From: an uncultured Gammaproteobacteria bacterium
GTDB lineage: Bacteria > Patescibacteriota > Patescibacteriia > Magasanikbacterales > UBA922
Length of the DNA: 64,000 nucleotides
Assembly: GCA_964394405.1 (NCBI GenBank)
Contig: CAYMVY010000002.1
Span: 192,092 to 256,091 of the forward strand
Reading direction: 5' to 3'
Of the stretch, positions 54,782 through 63,552 are shown piece after piece; position 1 is the first letter of the stretch, and every line of letters starts with the position of its first letter. The notes under the pieces were generated by a model. It saw nothing but the letters and a program-made list of their open reading frames with translations, was not told where the DNA came from and did not search any database. Position numbers and translations under genes: made by a program.

Positions 54782-55798
54782 TTAATAGTTTGTCACTAAA
54801 ACTTCAGTGATCTTCCCTCTATTTGCACTCTTCGAATTTATCGCTCTTCCAGCCTCCACTTTTGAAATTCGAACCCCTTTATGTCCTGAATAAATTTTAT
54901 TGATAAAAGGGGTGTCAGAATTAGAAAGCATTACAAAACAACCACGCTTGTGCAATTCTAAGAACGTATTCCGTAGTTCTACCTGTTCTTTATCAAGAAA
55001 ACTATCTTTTGTATATGATGTAAACGAGGCGGTCTTGCTCACTGGATAGTATGGCGGATCGAAATAAATAAAATCACCTTTTTTTGCTTTTTTCAGAACC
55101 GCTTTATAATCTTGATGCTTTATTTCTACATTCTGCAATGCTTTTGAGACTTTCCTCAGGTTCTCAGCATCACAAATTAATGGATTGGTGTATCTGCCAA
55201 ATGGAACATTGAATTCTCCCCTGCTATTGACTCGGTACATTCCATTGAACCCAGCTCTATTAAGAAAAATAAATCGAGAAGCAATTTGTAAATCCGATAG
55301 TTTTTTTGGATTCTGCGAACGAACTTTCAAGAAAAAATCTTTATCGTATTTATATTTTTTCAAAGACGTAATCAATCCTTCAACATTATTTTTTATTACA
55401 TTATATGTTGTTACCAACTCAAAATTCATGTCCGAAAGAAATGCTTTTTCTGGAAGTAAATCGAAAAAGACTGCGCCACCACCAACAAATGGTTCAAAAT
55501 ATCTTCCTTTTTTTGGATCAAACTTCTCCGGAGGATATAAATCAAGCAATCTAAACTGTTTTAACAATTGACGTTTTCCACCTACCCATTTCACAAATGG
55601 TTTTGGTCGCGCATCAATTATTTTTGCAATTTCTTGTAAAAAATCAGTCGCATTCGACACCATTCCCAAAACACGCTTAGCATAAATAGTATTGATATCA
55701 AAAACTTTTTGGATTTCTTTCACCTTTTGATTATGCGTCATATGTAAGCATGGGTTTACTATGATTTCATAGTACCATATAAACGCTTTTTTGTTCAA
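54782..55798 (-). CDS. dam: Dam-family N6-adenine DNA methyltransferase (GATC-type, DpnM-like)
   Basis: FVKWVGGKRQLL SAM-binding motif, FDPPYY catalytic motif; the ORF-track start is probably about 45 codons too long. Confidence 0.85.
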   Translation of the reverse strand: MNKKAFIWYYEIIVNPCLHMTHNQKVKEIQKVFDINTIYAKRVLGMVSNATDFLQEIAKIIDARPKPFVKWVGGKRQLLKQFRLLDLYPPEKFDPKKGRYFEPFVGGGAVFFDLLPEKAFLSDMNFELVTTYNVIKNNVEGLITSLKKYKYDKDFFLKVRSQNPKKLSDLQIASRFIFLNRAGFNGMYRVNSRGEFNVPFGRYTNPLICDAENLRKVSKALQNVEIKHQDYKAVLKKAKKGDFIYFDPPYYPVSKTASFTSYTKDSFLDKEQVELRNTFLELHKRGCFVMLSNSDTPFINKIYSGHKGVRISKVEAGRAINSKSANRGKITEVLVTNY

Positions 55799-55843
55799 AT
55801 ATTTTTAGGGCACTAAAAACCCACCTTTTTCAGGCGGATTTTA

Positions 55844-55875
55844 GGGGGTTATAGCCCGGCCGGGCAGGGTATCAG
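55844..55875. repeat. direct repeat copy 1: GGGGGTTATAGCCCGGCCGGGCAGGGTATCAG (contains the 12-bp GC palindrome GCCCGGCCGGGC)
   Basis: near-identical copy at 56516..56548; the pair brackets a single gene. Confidence 0.6.
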
Positions 55876-55946
55876 AATGTACCGCTCATGAAAGCCGAAA
55901 TCTGGATTGCCCTTGGTAATCAGTGATAACGAAAACTACCACCAGA

Positions 55947-56441
55947 CTAAGGTACCAAATTCTTCCAAAATTTTTTGCACCTTCTCCATCTTGTACCTAC
56001 AGTAACCTTACTTTTCTTGAATTCGAGACCTCTCACATAACTTGCGTGCACAGAAGTGATCACATCTTTGACATTCTGCCATGTATGTTCTCGATTTTCA
56101 CCAAAATAATTTTGTATGTCTTTGTCGAATACGTCTCCCCCATACACCACTTCTCCGCTTTCTATCTTATCGAAAATACTATATATAAATCGCTCAATAC
56201 TTCTACTTAATCCATTACCCTCACAAGTATCAGGAGCAAATTTGTTATGATCAGTTTTGTTTTCCCGCATACACCCTATGACATACTTCAAGAAGTGCGC
56301 GTCATCGATATTATTATTGAGCTTTTTGCAGCTAGGGCATGGGTAATTCGCGTCTAACGGTACATAAAGATTTCGACATTTTTGACATCGATATTCATGA
56401 TTGATAATACTATTAAACGGTGTGCCACAAAGTAAACTCAT
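55947..56441 (-). CDS. hypothetical protein with an N-terminal zinc ribbon (C-x2-C...C-x2-C)
   Basis: YRCQKCRNLY...YPCPSCKKL; 164 aa; flanked by 32-bp direct repeats, adjacent to the R-M island. Confidence 0.45.
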   Translation of the reverse strand: MSLLCGTPFNSIINHEYRCQKCRNLYVPLDANYPCPSCKKLNNNIDDAHFLKYVIGCMRENKTDHNKFAPDTCEGNGLSRSIERFIYSIFDKIESGEVVYGGDVFDKDIQNYFGENREHTWQNVKDVITSVHASYVRGLEFKKSKVTVGTRWRRCKKFWKNLVP

Positions 56442-56515
56442 ACAATACGACTAACATTGATATAGATACACGTAAATTCTCCAATGCGAAAGTATTTTGT
56501 TCATGCAATAATTCT

Positions 56516-56548
56516 CGGGGGTTATAGCCTGGCCGGGCCGGGTATAAG
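56516..56548. repeat. direct repeat copy 2: GGGGGTTATAGCCTGGCCGGGCCGGGTATAAG
   Basis: 28/32 identity with copy 1. Confidence 0.6.
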
Positions 56549-56561
56549 TTGTATAAATGTA

Positions 56562-56954
56562 TTACTCACTCGCCGTACCATCAAAATGTTCTTCATCTGC
56601 TTCTGCATCTTCTTTGGTCACATGGACTACTCCATCTCGATGATTGGGTGGTGCATAGACGGTATAGAGCTTGAGCGCGGTCGCGCCTGTATTCACGATA
56701 TTGTGTCTGGCGCCTGCAGGAACGACGACAGCTGTCCCCGCGCCTATCTCCCGCTCCTCACCATCGAGGATCGCCTTCCCTGCTCCCGCTTCACAGCGGA
56801 TAAATTGGTCGAGCTGGTGGACTTCTTCTCCGATGTCTTCGCCTGGCTCGAGGCTCATGACCACGAGCTGGCAGTGGTGCGCGGTATAGAGGACGGTACG
56901 AAAATTAGTGTTCTCGAGTGATAGTTTCTCGATATTGCCGATATATCCGTTCAT
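56562..56954 (-). CDS. cupin domain protein
   Basis: cupin_2 motifs G(x)5HxH...and...GxxxxxPxG...H; 130 aa. Confidence 0.65.
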   Translation of the reverse strand: MNGYIGNIEKLSLENTNFRTVLYTAHHCQLVVMSLEPGEDIGEEVHQLDQFIRCEAGAGKAILDGEEREIGAGTAVVVPAGARHNIVNTGATALKLYTVYAPPNHRDGVVHVTKEDAEADEEHFDGTASE

Positions 56955-56975
56955 AGGATGTGGGGTTAGATGAAT

Positions 56976-57287
56976 TTATGCTTTGGGTGGATATTTTTTT
57001 GCAGATTTCAACAGTTTTTTCTGTACTGCTTCTTCCAGATCAATACCGAGCGCGTCAGCGAGAGAAATAATGCAATAGAGGGTATCTGCAAGCTCGTCTC
57101 CAATATCTTCTGTGTGTTCCCTGAGATATGTCTCCAACTCTTCCCCATTCATGAATCGGAAATGTTCCAATATTTCAGCAGCTTCGGTAGAAATTCCGAT
57201 TGCAAGGTCTTTGGGATTGTTCCCATCCCCCTCTCTCCAACCTCGTGCATCCCGCCAATCAAGAATTTTCTTGGTAATATCTTTCAT
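56976..57287 (-). CDS. MazG-like nucleotide pyrophosphohydrolase
   Basis: EAAEILEHFRF and EDIGDELADTLYCIISLADALGIDL (E-x2-E...D motifs). Confidence 0.65.
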   Translation of the reverse strand: MKDITKKILDWRDARGWREGDGNNPKDLAIGISTEAAEILEHFRFMNGEELETYLREHTEDIGDELADTLYCIISLADALGIDLEEAVQKKLLKSAKKYPPKA

Positions 57288-57290
57288 AGT

Positions 57291-57812
57291 TTAGTTCACT
57301 TCAAAAAACTGTACTTCAATATTTTTTTCTACATGAGCGCCCAAGAAATTTATCAGCGCGTCTGCAATCTCGCGCGGACTAGACATCTCATGTACATCAA
57401 GTACCACACTCCCTATCTCTGCACCCGTATCCTTGCTATACATAACCAATCTCCCTGGTTTTTTCTCGGTGAAAATTGATTTGATCAGTGTTTTCTCTTC
57501 TTCGGTCACATGGAGAAGTTTGATGATTACATCCAGCCCTTCCTCTGGGCTCTGCTCCCAATCTACTTCTTCGATCAGCTCATCAAGATCTTCTTCGGTA
57601 TATCCATGTTCTAGAGCTTCCTTGATTTTCTGGGCGAGTTCAAAGATCTCTGGTCGCATCATGACCCCTTCTTCGACAGGATTGCCCAAGGCAACTGATG
57701 CAGCAACCCTCACTTCATCTGCCGTAGCCTGAATACGCATGACCAACTGATCGAGTTCGTTGGCTATACGTACGTGTTCCTGGTCATCTGGTGGACGAAA
57801 TTTTTCTGACAT
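57291..57812 (-). CDS. hypothetical acidic protein
   Basis: start moved to MSEKFRPPDD; the ORF-track 32-aa N-terminal extension is hydrophobic low-complexity. Confidence 0.4.
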   Translation of the reverse strand: MSEKFRPPDDQEHVRIANELDQLVMRIQATADEVRVAASVALGNPVEEGVMMRPEIFELAQKIKEALEHGYTEEDLDELIEEVDWEQSPEEGLDVIIKLLHVTEEEKTLIKSIFTEKKPGRLVMYSKDTGAEIGSVVLDVHEMSSPREIADALINFLGAHVEKNIEVQFFEVN

Positions 57813-57902
57813 AGTAATCGTATGGTTATATATAAAGTATAACAACAAGAAATAACAAGTACAAACAATATGTAGTGACAAATGGATACAATATGTTAGT
57901 AT

Positions 57903-57931
57903 TGACAACAGGGGTCTTTTTGGCTAGAGTC
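57903..57931 (+). promoter_or_regulatory. sigma70-type promoter TTGACA-17-TAGAGT
   Basis: exact -35; followed by a GCTTACC-gcagt-GGTAAGC hairpin in the leader. Confidence 0.5.
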
Positions 57932-57992
57932 ATACGCTTACCGCAGTGGTAAGCAGATGATCAACCGTCCATTCGGAAACAGGAGTCTAGAG

Positions 57993-58199
57993 ATGGCACA
58001 GGTCAGTCTGAGATACATCCACAAGCTCGTCTACATGTTTGGACCATGTCCCCGTCATCCCGACGTGACCCTCACGAGCAAGTCGCCCACCTGCGCCAAG
58101 TGCCGGTGGGAGCGCGAGCTCTACGAGAAGGGCATGGTGCTCACCCACGAGTACATCCAGCTCCAGGTGCCCGGGTACGAAGAGGAGGCCAACAAGTGA
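57993..58199 (+). CDS. hypothetical small Cys-containing protein, GC-rich (about 60% GC)
   Basis: 68 aa; AGGAG 7 nt upstream of the ATG; CPRH...CAKC; followed by an 11-bp-stem terminator at 58225-58275. Confidence 0.35.
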   Translation: MAQVSLRYIHKLVYMFGPCPRHPDVTLTSKSPTCAKCRWERELYEKGMVLTHEYIQLQVPGYEEEANK

Positions 58200-58343
58200 C
58201 AGGGGCCACACACCGGGCCCCCCCAATGACCGAGATATCGCTTGTATGCATATCTCGGTCGCTTTCATTTTAGGGGTATATACAGACAAAAATAAGACTT
58301 ATCCCCATATATACCTTGCAATACATAGTACCTTATACTATAG

Positions 58344-58697
58344 TTGTTTTATATGGAACACTTTGATATCGATAAATTCATAGAGAACAATTCTGCCCAG
58401 ATGCGCAAAGGCTCGCTTGAATTAGCGATTCTTTCTATTATTGGAAAAGGGTCAGTATATGCAGGTGATATTATCGAAAAGCTCCAGGCTAATAATCTGA
58501 TCGTGGTCGAAGGCACGCTCTATCCCCTGCTCTCTCGGATGAAGCGCGGTGGATTATTGGAGTATTCGTGGGTAGAGTCTCCTAGTGGTCCGCCACGAAA
58601 GTATTATGGGCTTACGGCAGAAGGACGATCCGTGCTTGAAAGACTTGCCAAAGAATGGAAGGATATGACAGGATCAATTACACGGTTGATTGAATAA
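58344..58697 (+). CDS. PadR family transcriptional regulator
   Basis: LAILSIIGKGSVYAGDIIEKL...GTLYPLLSRMKRGGLLE wHTH. Confidence 0.8.
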   Translation: MFYMEHFDIDKFIENNSAQMRKGSLELAILSIIGKGSVYAGDIIEKLQANNLIVVEGTLYPLLSRMKRGGLLEYSWVESPSGPPRKYYGLTAEGRSVLERLAKEWKDMTGSITRLIE

Positions 58698-58815
58698 ATA
58701 TAACTTTTACCTTTCAAAACGTCATTCCCGTGAAACTTGTCCTCGACTTAATCGGGGAACGGGAATCTAAGATCCCCGCTTTCGCGGGGATGACATAAAA
58801 AAACTTTATAGACTT

Positions 58816-59874
58816 ATGAAAACAACAATATCAATCAATCTCGGTGGTATCGCATTCACGATCGATGACGACGCGTATCGTGAACTAAAAACATATTTGG
58901 ACGCACTCTCGAATCATTTCAAACAAGAAGACGGTGGAGATGAGATACTTGCAGACATTGAAGCTCGTATTGCCGAAGAATGCGCACGCAAGCGAGAAAA
59001 TGGAATTCAAGTCATCTCTATTTCAATGGTACAAGAGATTATTTCTCGCATGGGACGTGTCGAAGATCTGACGGGAGAAAAGGCAGGAGAGACTGATGGA
59101 ATCAAAATCGAAGAACCTTATTTTGCACGTACTGACAAAGAAAAAACCAAGAGTCCCAAACGTCTCTATCGAAACCCAGAAAATGCAATGCTCGCAGGTG
59201 TCGCTTCCGGACTTGGGGCGTATTTCAATATCGACCCCTCGATTCCTCGCATCGCATTTGTACTTCTCACGCTCTTTGGCGGATCTGGAATCATTATCTA
59301 TATTATTCTATGGCTTGTATTACCTGAAGCAGACACCCCATTGAAACAGTCAGAACTTCGAGGCGAGTCACCTACGATTAAGGATATTGAAAAAAAGTTT
59401 AAGGACATGGTTGATGTTGGCAAAAAAAAAATTTCTGAAATAGACACTGAAAAAGCAAAAGAATCAGTAAAACAAGGATTCAAAACAACCGTGAGCACGG
59501 TATCGCGTACCGCAGGATCAATTGGTGGTGGACTCGTGAGAGTAATCGCAATCGTAGTCGGCATTGCGCTCATTATTGCAGGTGTTTTGAGTATTGCCGG
59601 AGTGACCATAGTTGGAACGAGTATCTTGTTTGGCACTTCAACGATACTCCTAGATGTGGCACCTGAAATCATACTTCTTGAAGCGCCTATTATGACCACT
59701 CTTCTAGTCTCACTCTGGTTGGTAGCAGTGTTTCCACTTATGTTTCTTATAACCATTGGCGCGGCACTCGCCGGACAGCGAAGACTGAAATTTGGTTTTG
59801 GTTTTGCGCTATTCACCATTCTCTGGATTGTTGCGCTTTCAGTGGCTGGGACATTGGTGATTGGGAGTGTATGA
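58816..59874 (+). CDS. PspC domain-containing membrane protein
   Basis: PspC motif RNPENAMLAGVASGLGAYFNIDPSIPRIAFVLL; multiple C-terminal TM helices; paired with PadR. Confidence 0.7.
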   Translation: MKTTISINLGGIAFTIDDDAYRELKTYLDALSNHFKQEDGGDEILADIEARIAEECARKRENGIQVISISMVQEIISRMGRVEDLTGEKAGETDGIKIEEPYFARTDKEKTKSPKRLYRNPENAMLAGVASGLGAYFNIDPSIPRIAFVLLTLFGGSGIIIYIILWLVLPEADTPLKQSELRGESPTIKDIEKKFKDMVDVGKKKISEIDTEKAKESVKQGFKTTVSTVSRTAGSIGGGLVRVIAIVVGIALIIAGVLSIAGVTIVGTSILFGTSTILLDVAPEIILLEAPIMTTLLVSLWLVAVFPLMFLITIGAALAGQRRLKFGFGFALFTILWIVALSVAGTLVIGSV

Positions 59875-59920
59875 AACTCAACATAACAAAACATCCCGAC
59901 TCATTCGGGATTTTTTTCAA

Positions 59921-60493
59921 TCATTTAGATCGCTTCCAGGAGAATAATGCTTCGACCATCTGACTTCCTATAATCGCGAGGATGAGCAATACGCCGTACC
60001 CGACGAGTAACTGAGAAAAAGAATACGGAAGTGAACGAAGTGAGCCCAAAATAAATGCACTATACCAGGAGACCATAGAAATACTACCCAATGCGAATGC
60101 GAGTCTTCTCAGATTTCGTCTTTTTGCATCACGTCCTAATTTCCAATCAATATGCATGAGACGCGGAGCCACGAGCGAATTCAAGGCAAATCCATTCAGC
60201 GACACGACAATTACAACCATTGCTTTCAATAAAAATTTTGATGAGTGTGAGTACGCCTGAATATCTGATAGAAAAATTAATATTCCACTGATCCATAGTA
60301 TCGCGAGCCCTACCCACACAACCTGTGACAACGCACCAAGTACCGTATGTTCTTTCTTACTAATACGAAGATCAGTTAAAAAACGGAAAAACATGATATC
60401 CGCAATCGTTGCTCCTCCGAGACCAAATATGAATCCGAGCATGTGGAACGCAACAAATACTGATTTGTATTCTAACAGTAATTCAAAAAACAT
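59921..60493 (-). CDS. hypothetical membrane protein
   Basis: 190 aa, 5-6 TM helices. Confidence 0.45.
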   Translation of the reverse strand: MFFELLLEYKSVFVAFHMLGFIFGLGGATIADIMFFRFLTDLRISKKEHTVLGALSQVVWVGLAILWISGILIFLSDIQAYSHSSKFLLKAMVVIVVSLNGFALNSLVAPRLMHIDWKLGRDAKRRNLRRLAFALGSISMVSWYSAFILGSLRSLPYSFSQLLVGYGVLLILAIIGSQMVEALFSWKRSK

Positions 60494-60588
60494 AGATAGC
60501 TAAATTGGAGTGTAGTGTAACATATGCTCGCGCAATACAAAAGCAGTCTCCTGATTCGGAAGACTGCTTTTGTTGTTTTCTATTACAC

Positions 60589-61671
60589 TTATTTCATCAT
60601 AAACCCTGCTGGCAATCCACCTCCGCCTCCAAGCATTGCTCCGACAAATGCCCCCATGAATTCATTCATAGTTTTAGCGCCTGTTGGTGCCGAAACCATT
60701 ACTTTTTCATTGAAATTTCGAAGATCGAGTTCTACTGCAATCGTTCCACTACTTGGTTCTGTATCAGTTTTTGCAATAGTTACCCCAAATAAAGTTTTGT
60801 AGAGATAGTAATCTTTGGTACCTACCCAAATTTCTCCATTAGTCATTTCAGCTCGAGTGAAAAATTCATTCATTTTCTTTTCGTCTTCGATTGAAGGCGC
60901 CTTTCCATTCACCTCAGTACTCACTGCTCGAGCCACCCGCATTACTTCTGCTTCGTTCAAAGTTACTTTGTAGTGACGAGTAGTAATTCCACCCAGACTC
61001 TCTTCACCCAAATCTTCGGTCACCTGGAAATATTTTCCCCCACTGATAATATCTTTCACTTTATCAGCAGTCTCCTCATTCATAGTCGAAGTGGTTGCAG
61101 GAACAGTAGTATCATCACCTTCCTTTGGATCAAGCTGTACCCACATATTGGTGAGTGATGATAAATTCAATTTACCTAACACTGGGATTGTATTGAATTT
61201 GAAATAGGTATCTGCGCCTATATTTTTCAATTCAATTTCCGCTGAACCATTATTTGGAAATTCAGGTGAAGTAAGTGTGAATTTTGCTCCTGACTGTAGT
61301 TTTTCCCAGTTTCCAAATTCTGATGTTCCGCTGAATGCGACAGAGAATGCAACAGGCTTATCCGCACTTGTAGCTCCAGCTCCAGGCAAACTTGCCAATG
61401 GATTCTTGCCACCTTCGATATTTGCAGTCAGTTTCCCTGCATATTCTACAGATTCTACCCCTGACATTGAACGTGACATCCGATCAACTACACCTTCGGG
61501 AGTAGTAGGCGTCGCATTCCCGGCAGATTTATAAATACCGTACCCAATCAATAATACAACCACCAATAATACTATTTTCCCTACTCCGGATTTCTTTCCT
61601 GGAGTTGCTACCGTAGCGTCTGCCATAGATATAGATAAAAATAAATAATCTAAATAAAATGTGTAGGGCAA
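60589..61671 (-). CDS. hypothetical secreted/membrane-anchored protein
   Basis: N-terminal TM anchor (KIVLLVVVLLIGYGIY), then a beta-rich domain and a Gly-rich C-terminus. Confidence 0.45.
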   Translation of the reverse strand: MPYTFYLDYLFLSISMADATVATPGKKSGVGKIVLLVVVLLIGYGIYKSAGNATPTTPEGVVDRMSRSMSGVESVEYAGKLTANIEGGKNPLASLPGAGATSADKPVAFSVAFSGTSEFGNWEKLQSGAKFTLTSPEFPNNGSAEIELKNIGADTYFKFNTIPVLGKLNLSSLTNMWVQLDPKEGDDTTVPATTSTMNEETADKVKDIISGGKYFQVTEDLGEESLGGITTRHYKVTLNEAEVMRVARAVSTEVNGKAPSIEDEKKMNEFFTRAEMTNGEIWVGTKDYYLYKTLFGVTIAKTDTEPSSGTIAVELDLRNFNEKVMVSAPTGAKTMNEFMGAFVGAMLGGGGGLPAGFMMK

Positions 61672-61675
61672 TTGT

Positions 61676-62152
61676 CTAATTTTTCTTCTTCGCTGTCAAC
61701 TGCCCCCGATTACCCCATCCATTTTCATAATTTGTAATATACGCTTTCATGGGGACTTTTTTTACCAATTTTCCAATTATTTCAAGCGGTAGATCGTCAA
61801 GTTTTTTGAATCGGAGACACCCTTTTCCCATATCCAGTTTCTTCCCTGTTTTTTTCCATTCATCTTTGAACCATTGATCTACACCTTTGTTTCCATATAC
61901 GCACATGAGATAGAGTGCCATATAATTTTTCTGGTTTGCAAGCCCCAAGAACATGAGCGGTTTCTTGTTGTATGAATATGGATATGTCTTCAGTGGAATC
62001 TCATAGGTGATCATCCCCCAGTTTATTACTTCCACATAGCCTTTCGGAAGATTTTTCTTAACTACTCTTCGTACTTCAGTCAAAGCCTTTTTCCGATCAG
62101 GTGGTAGACTATTCAGATATTCGGTAACCGTTGTTGCCGTAGTTTTGAACAT
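61676..62152 (-). CDS. DUF1801 (YdhG-like) domain protein
   Basis: TVTEYLNSLPPDRKKAL...EVINWGMITYE...LMFLGLANQKNYMALYL; start moved to MFKTTATT. Confidence 0.6.
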   Translation of the reverse strand: MFKTTATTVTEYLNSLPPDRKKALTEVRRVVKKNLPKGYVEVINWGMITYEIPLKTYPYSYNKKPLMFLGLANQKNYMALYLMCVYGNKGVDQWFKDEWKKTGKKLDMGKGCLRFKKLDDLPLEIIGKLVKKVPMKAYITNYENGWGNRGQLTAKKKN

Positions 62153-62156
62153 ATGA

Positions 62157-62465
62157 TTATTCAATCGTCTCATCAAGAATGATTCGTTTCTCAAATCCTC
62201 CGCGTGCTTCTCGTTTTTTCACTCGCACTTCTTCTAACTGTTCTTTAGATACACCGTTATATTCCCCAATCGCATAGACGACCTCGAGAATATCCGCGAG
62301 TTCTTCTGTAGTACGGTCGGAATTAAACTCCACCACTTCTTCATCTAATTTTTCAATCAATTTTTCTTCGTATTCTTTGTCACCCGCAATATGTGTGACG
62401 ACTTTTTCACCATTCCCCTCAATCAGAGCAGGAATATTATCTCGAACCAGTTTGTGATATTTCAT
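62157..62465 (-). CDS. small MazG/HisE-like NTP pyrophosphohydrolase
   Basis: KLVRDNIPALI...EELADILEVVYAIG; start moved to MKYHKLVRDN. Confidence 0.55.
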   Translation of the reverse strand: MKYHKLVRDNIPALIEGNGEKVVTHIAGDKEYEEKLIEKLDEEVVEFNSDRTTEELADILEVVYAIGEYNGVSKEQLEEVRVKKREARGGFEKRIILDETIE

Positions 62466-62539
62466 ATATACAAAAATAAAGTATGATCTCATCATACCAA
62501 GGCTTATAGTGAATTACAACTCCCAAAAAAAACGAAGCC

Positions 62540-62578
62540 GCCCAGTTTTACGAGTGGGCGGTGAGCTCGGTTGGAGGT
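62540..62578 (-). terminator. intrinsic terminator (minus strand)
   Basis: on the minus strand CGCCCA-ctcgtaaaact-TGGGCG GCTTCG TTTTTTTT. Confidence 0.6.
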
Positions 62579-63037
62579 TTAGACGAATGTGAACTTGGAC
62601 TCAGCGAGGATCTTCCGCGCGCGATCGCGACTGATCACCTGGAACTCCACGCCCCCGATCGTGACCGAGAGGGTGCGTGCAGACCCCAGATAATACAGCT
62701 GGAACCTGCTGACCATGAACCTCGCATGCTCGATCACGTAGTCGATCGATTCGATGCATTGGTCCGGTCGCCCCTTCTCGCTGTCGAGAGCAAAGAAGAA
62801 CTCAGTGTCTCCCAGCACTCGAGCGAGCACGATGAAGTCATCTCGACCGAGGTCGCCATTGCCGATCCGAGAACCCCTCTGATCGAACCAGCCGGCCTGC
62901 GACATGATGCGGTTCTCACCGCGCGACTGCCCCGGTGCAATCGAGGCACGAGTCCACAACGATTCTGCAGTCAAACGATTCATACTCCCCCTTTTCATTT
63001 CTCCTACCAGTTCTACAAGCACCCTGTTTGTACTCAC
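62579..63037 (-). CDS. hypothetical protein, GC-rich (about 58% GC); start uncertain (GTG 63037 or ATG 62998)
   Basis: minus-strand consensus promoter TTGACA-17-TATAGT at 63061-63089; the opposite-strand ORF is low-complexity. Confidence 0.4.
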   Translation of the reverse strand: MSTNRVLVELVGEMKRGSMNRLTAESLWTRASIAPGQSRGENRIMSQAGWFDQRGSRIGNGDLGRDDFIVLARVLGDTEFFFALDSEKGRPDQCIESIDYVIEHARFMVSRFQLYYLGSARTLSVTIGGVEFQVISRDRARKILAESKFTFV

Positions 63038-63060
63038 AAAACTGGTAGGAAAGACACTGC

Positions 63061-63089
63061 ACTATAGAATATTTTTTTCCCTTTGTCAA
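63061..63089 (-). promoter_or_regulatory. sigma70-type promoter TTGACA-17-TATAGT (minus strand)
   Basis: exact -35 and a 5/6 -10 hexamer read on the minus strand. Confidence 0.5.
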
Positions 63090-63137
63090 TATCAAACAGC
63101 CTCTTGGTAGAGGCTGTTTTTTATGAATGAGATTATG

Positions 63138-63536
63138 TTACTTCGCATTCGTATCTGGCTGATGGATTCCAAATACATTTCCTTCGGTATCCAGATAGTA
63201 CCCTTGCCATGCCATTCCAATGAGAGCCATCTTCGGCATTGCAACTATTCCTCCTGCTGCGAGAATTTTCTTCTCAGTCTCATCATAGTTTGCCACATCC
63301 ATGGTGCAGGTAAAAGCATTGGTGCCACATTCTTTTGGTGGAGTGTCTGCAGGACGTCGAAGTAATCCTCCGTTGATCCCCAATTCTTTACTATCTTTTG
63401 GAGCGGTCATAATGATCCAATATTCCATCTGTCCACCTTCCCATTTGGTAATTTCCCATCCAAATACGTCGCGGTAAAATTGCGCTGCGCGTTCTGGATC
63501 AGCAGCCTGAATTTCAAAATGTACCGGTCGATTCAT
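63138..63536 (-). CDS. VOC (glyoxalase/bleomycin-resistance) family protein
   Basis: 132 aa; VHFEIQAADPERAAQFYRDVFGWE N-terminal beta-alpha-beta-beta-beta motif. Confidence 0.7.
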   Translation of the reverse strand: MNRPVHFEIQAADPERAAQFYRDVFGWEITKWEGGQMEYWIIMTAPKDSKELGINGGLLRRPADTPPKECGTNAFTCTMDVANYDETEKKILAAGGIVAMPKMALIGMAWQGYYLDTEGNVFGIHQPDTNAK

Positions 63537-63552
63537 ATGATTACGTTAAAAA

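Noticed and set aside
62561-63067. Plus-strand 168-aa ORF overlapping the minus-strand gene 62579..63037
   Set aside because: Pro/Arg/His-rich low-complexity translation. The minus strand has a consensus promoter and terminator flanking it in the right orientation.
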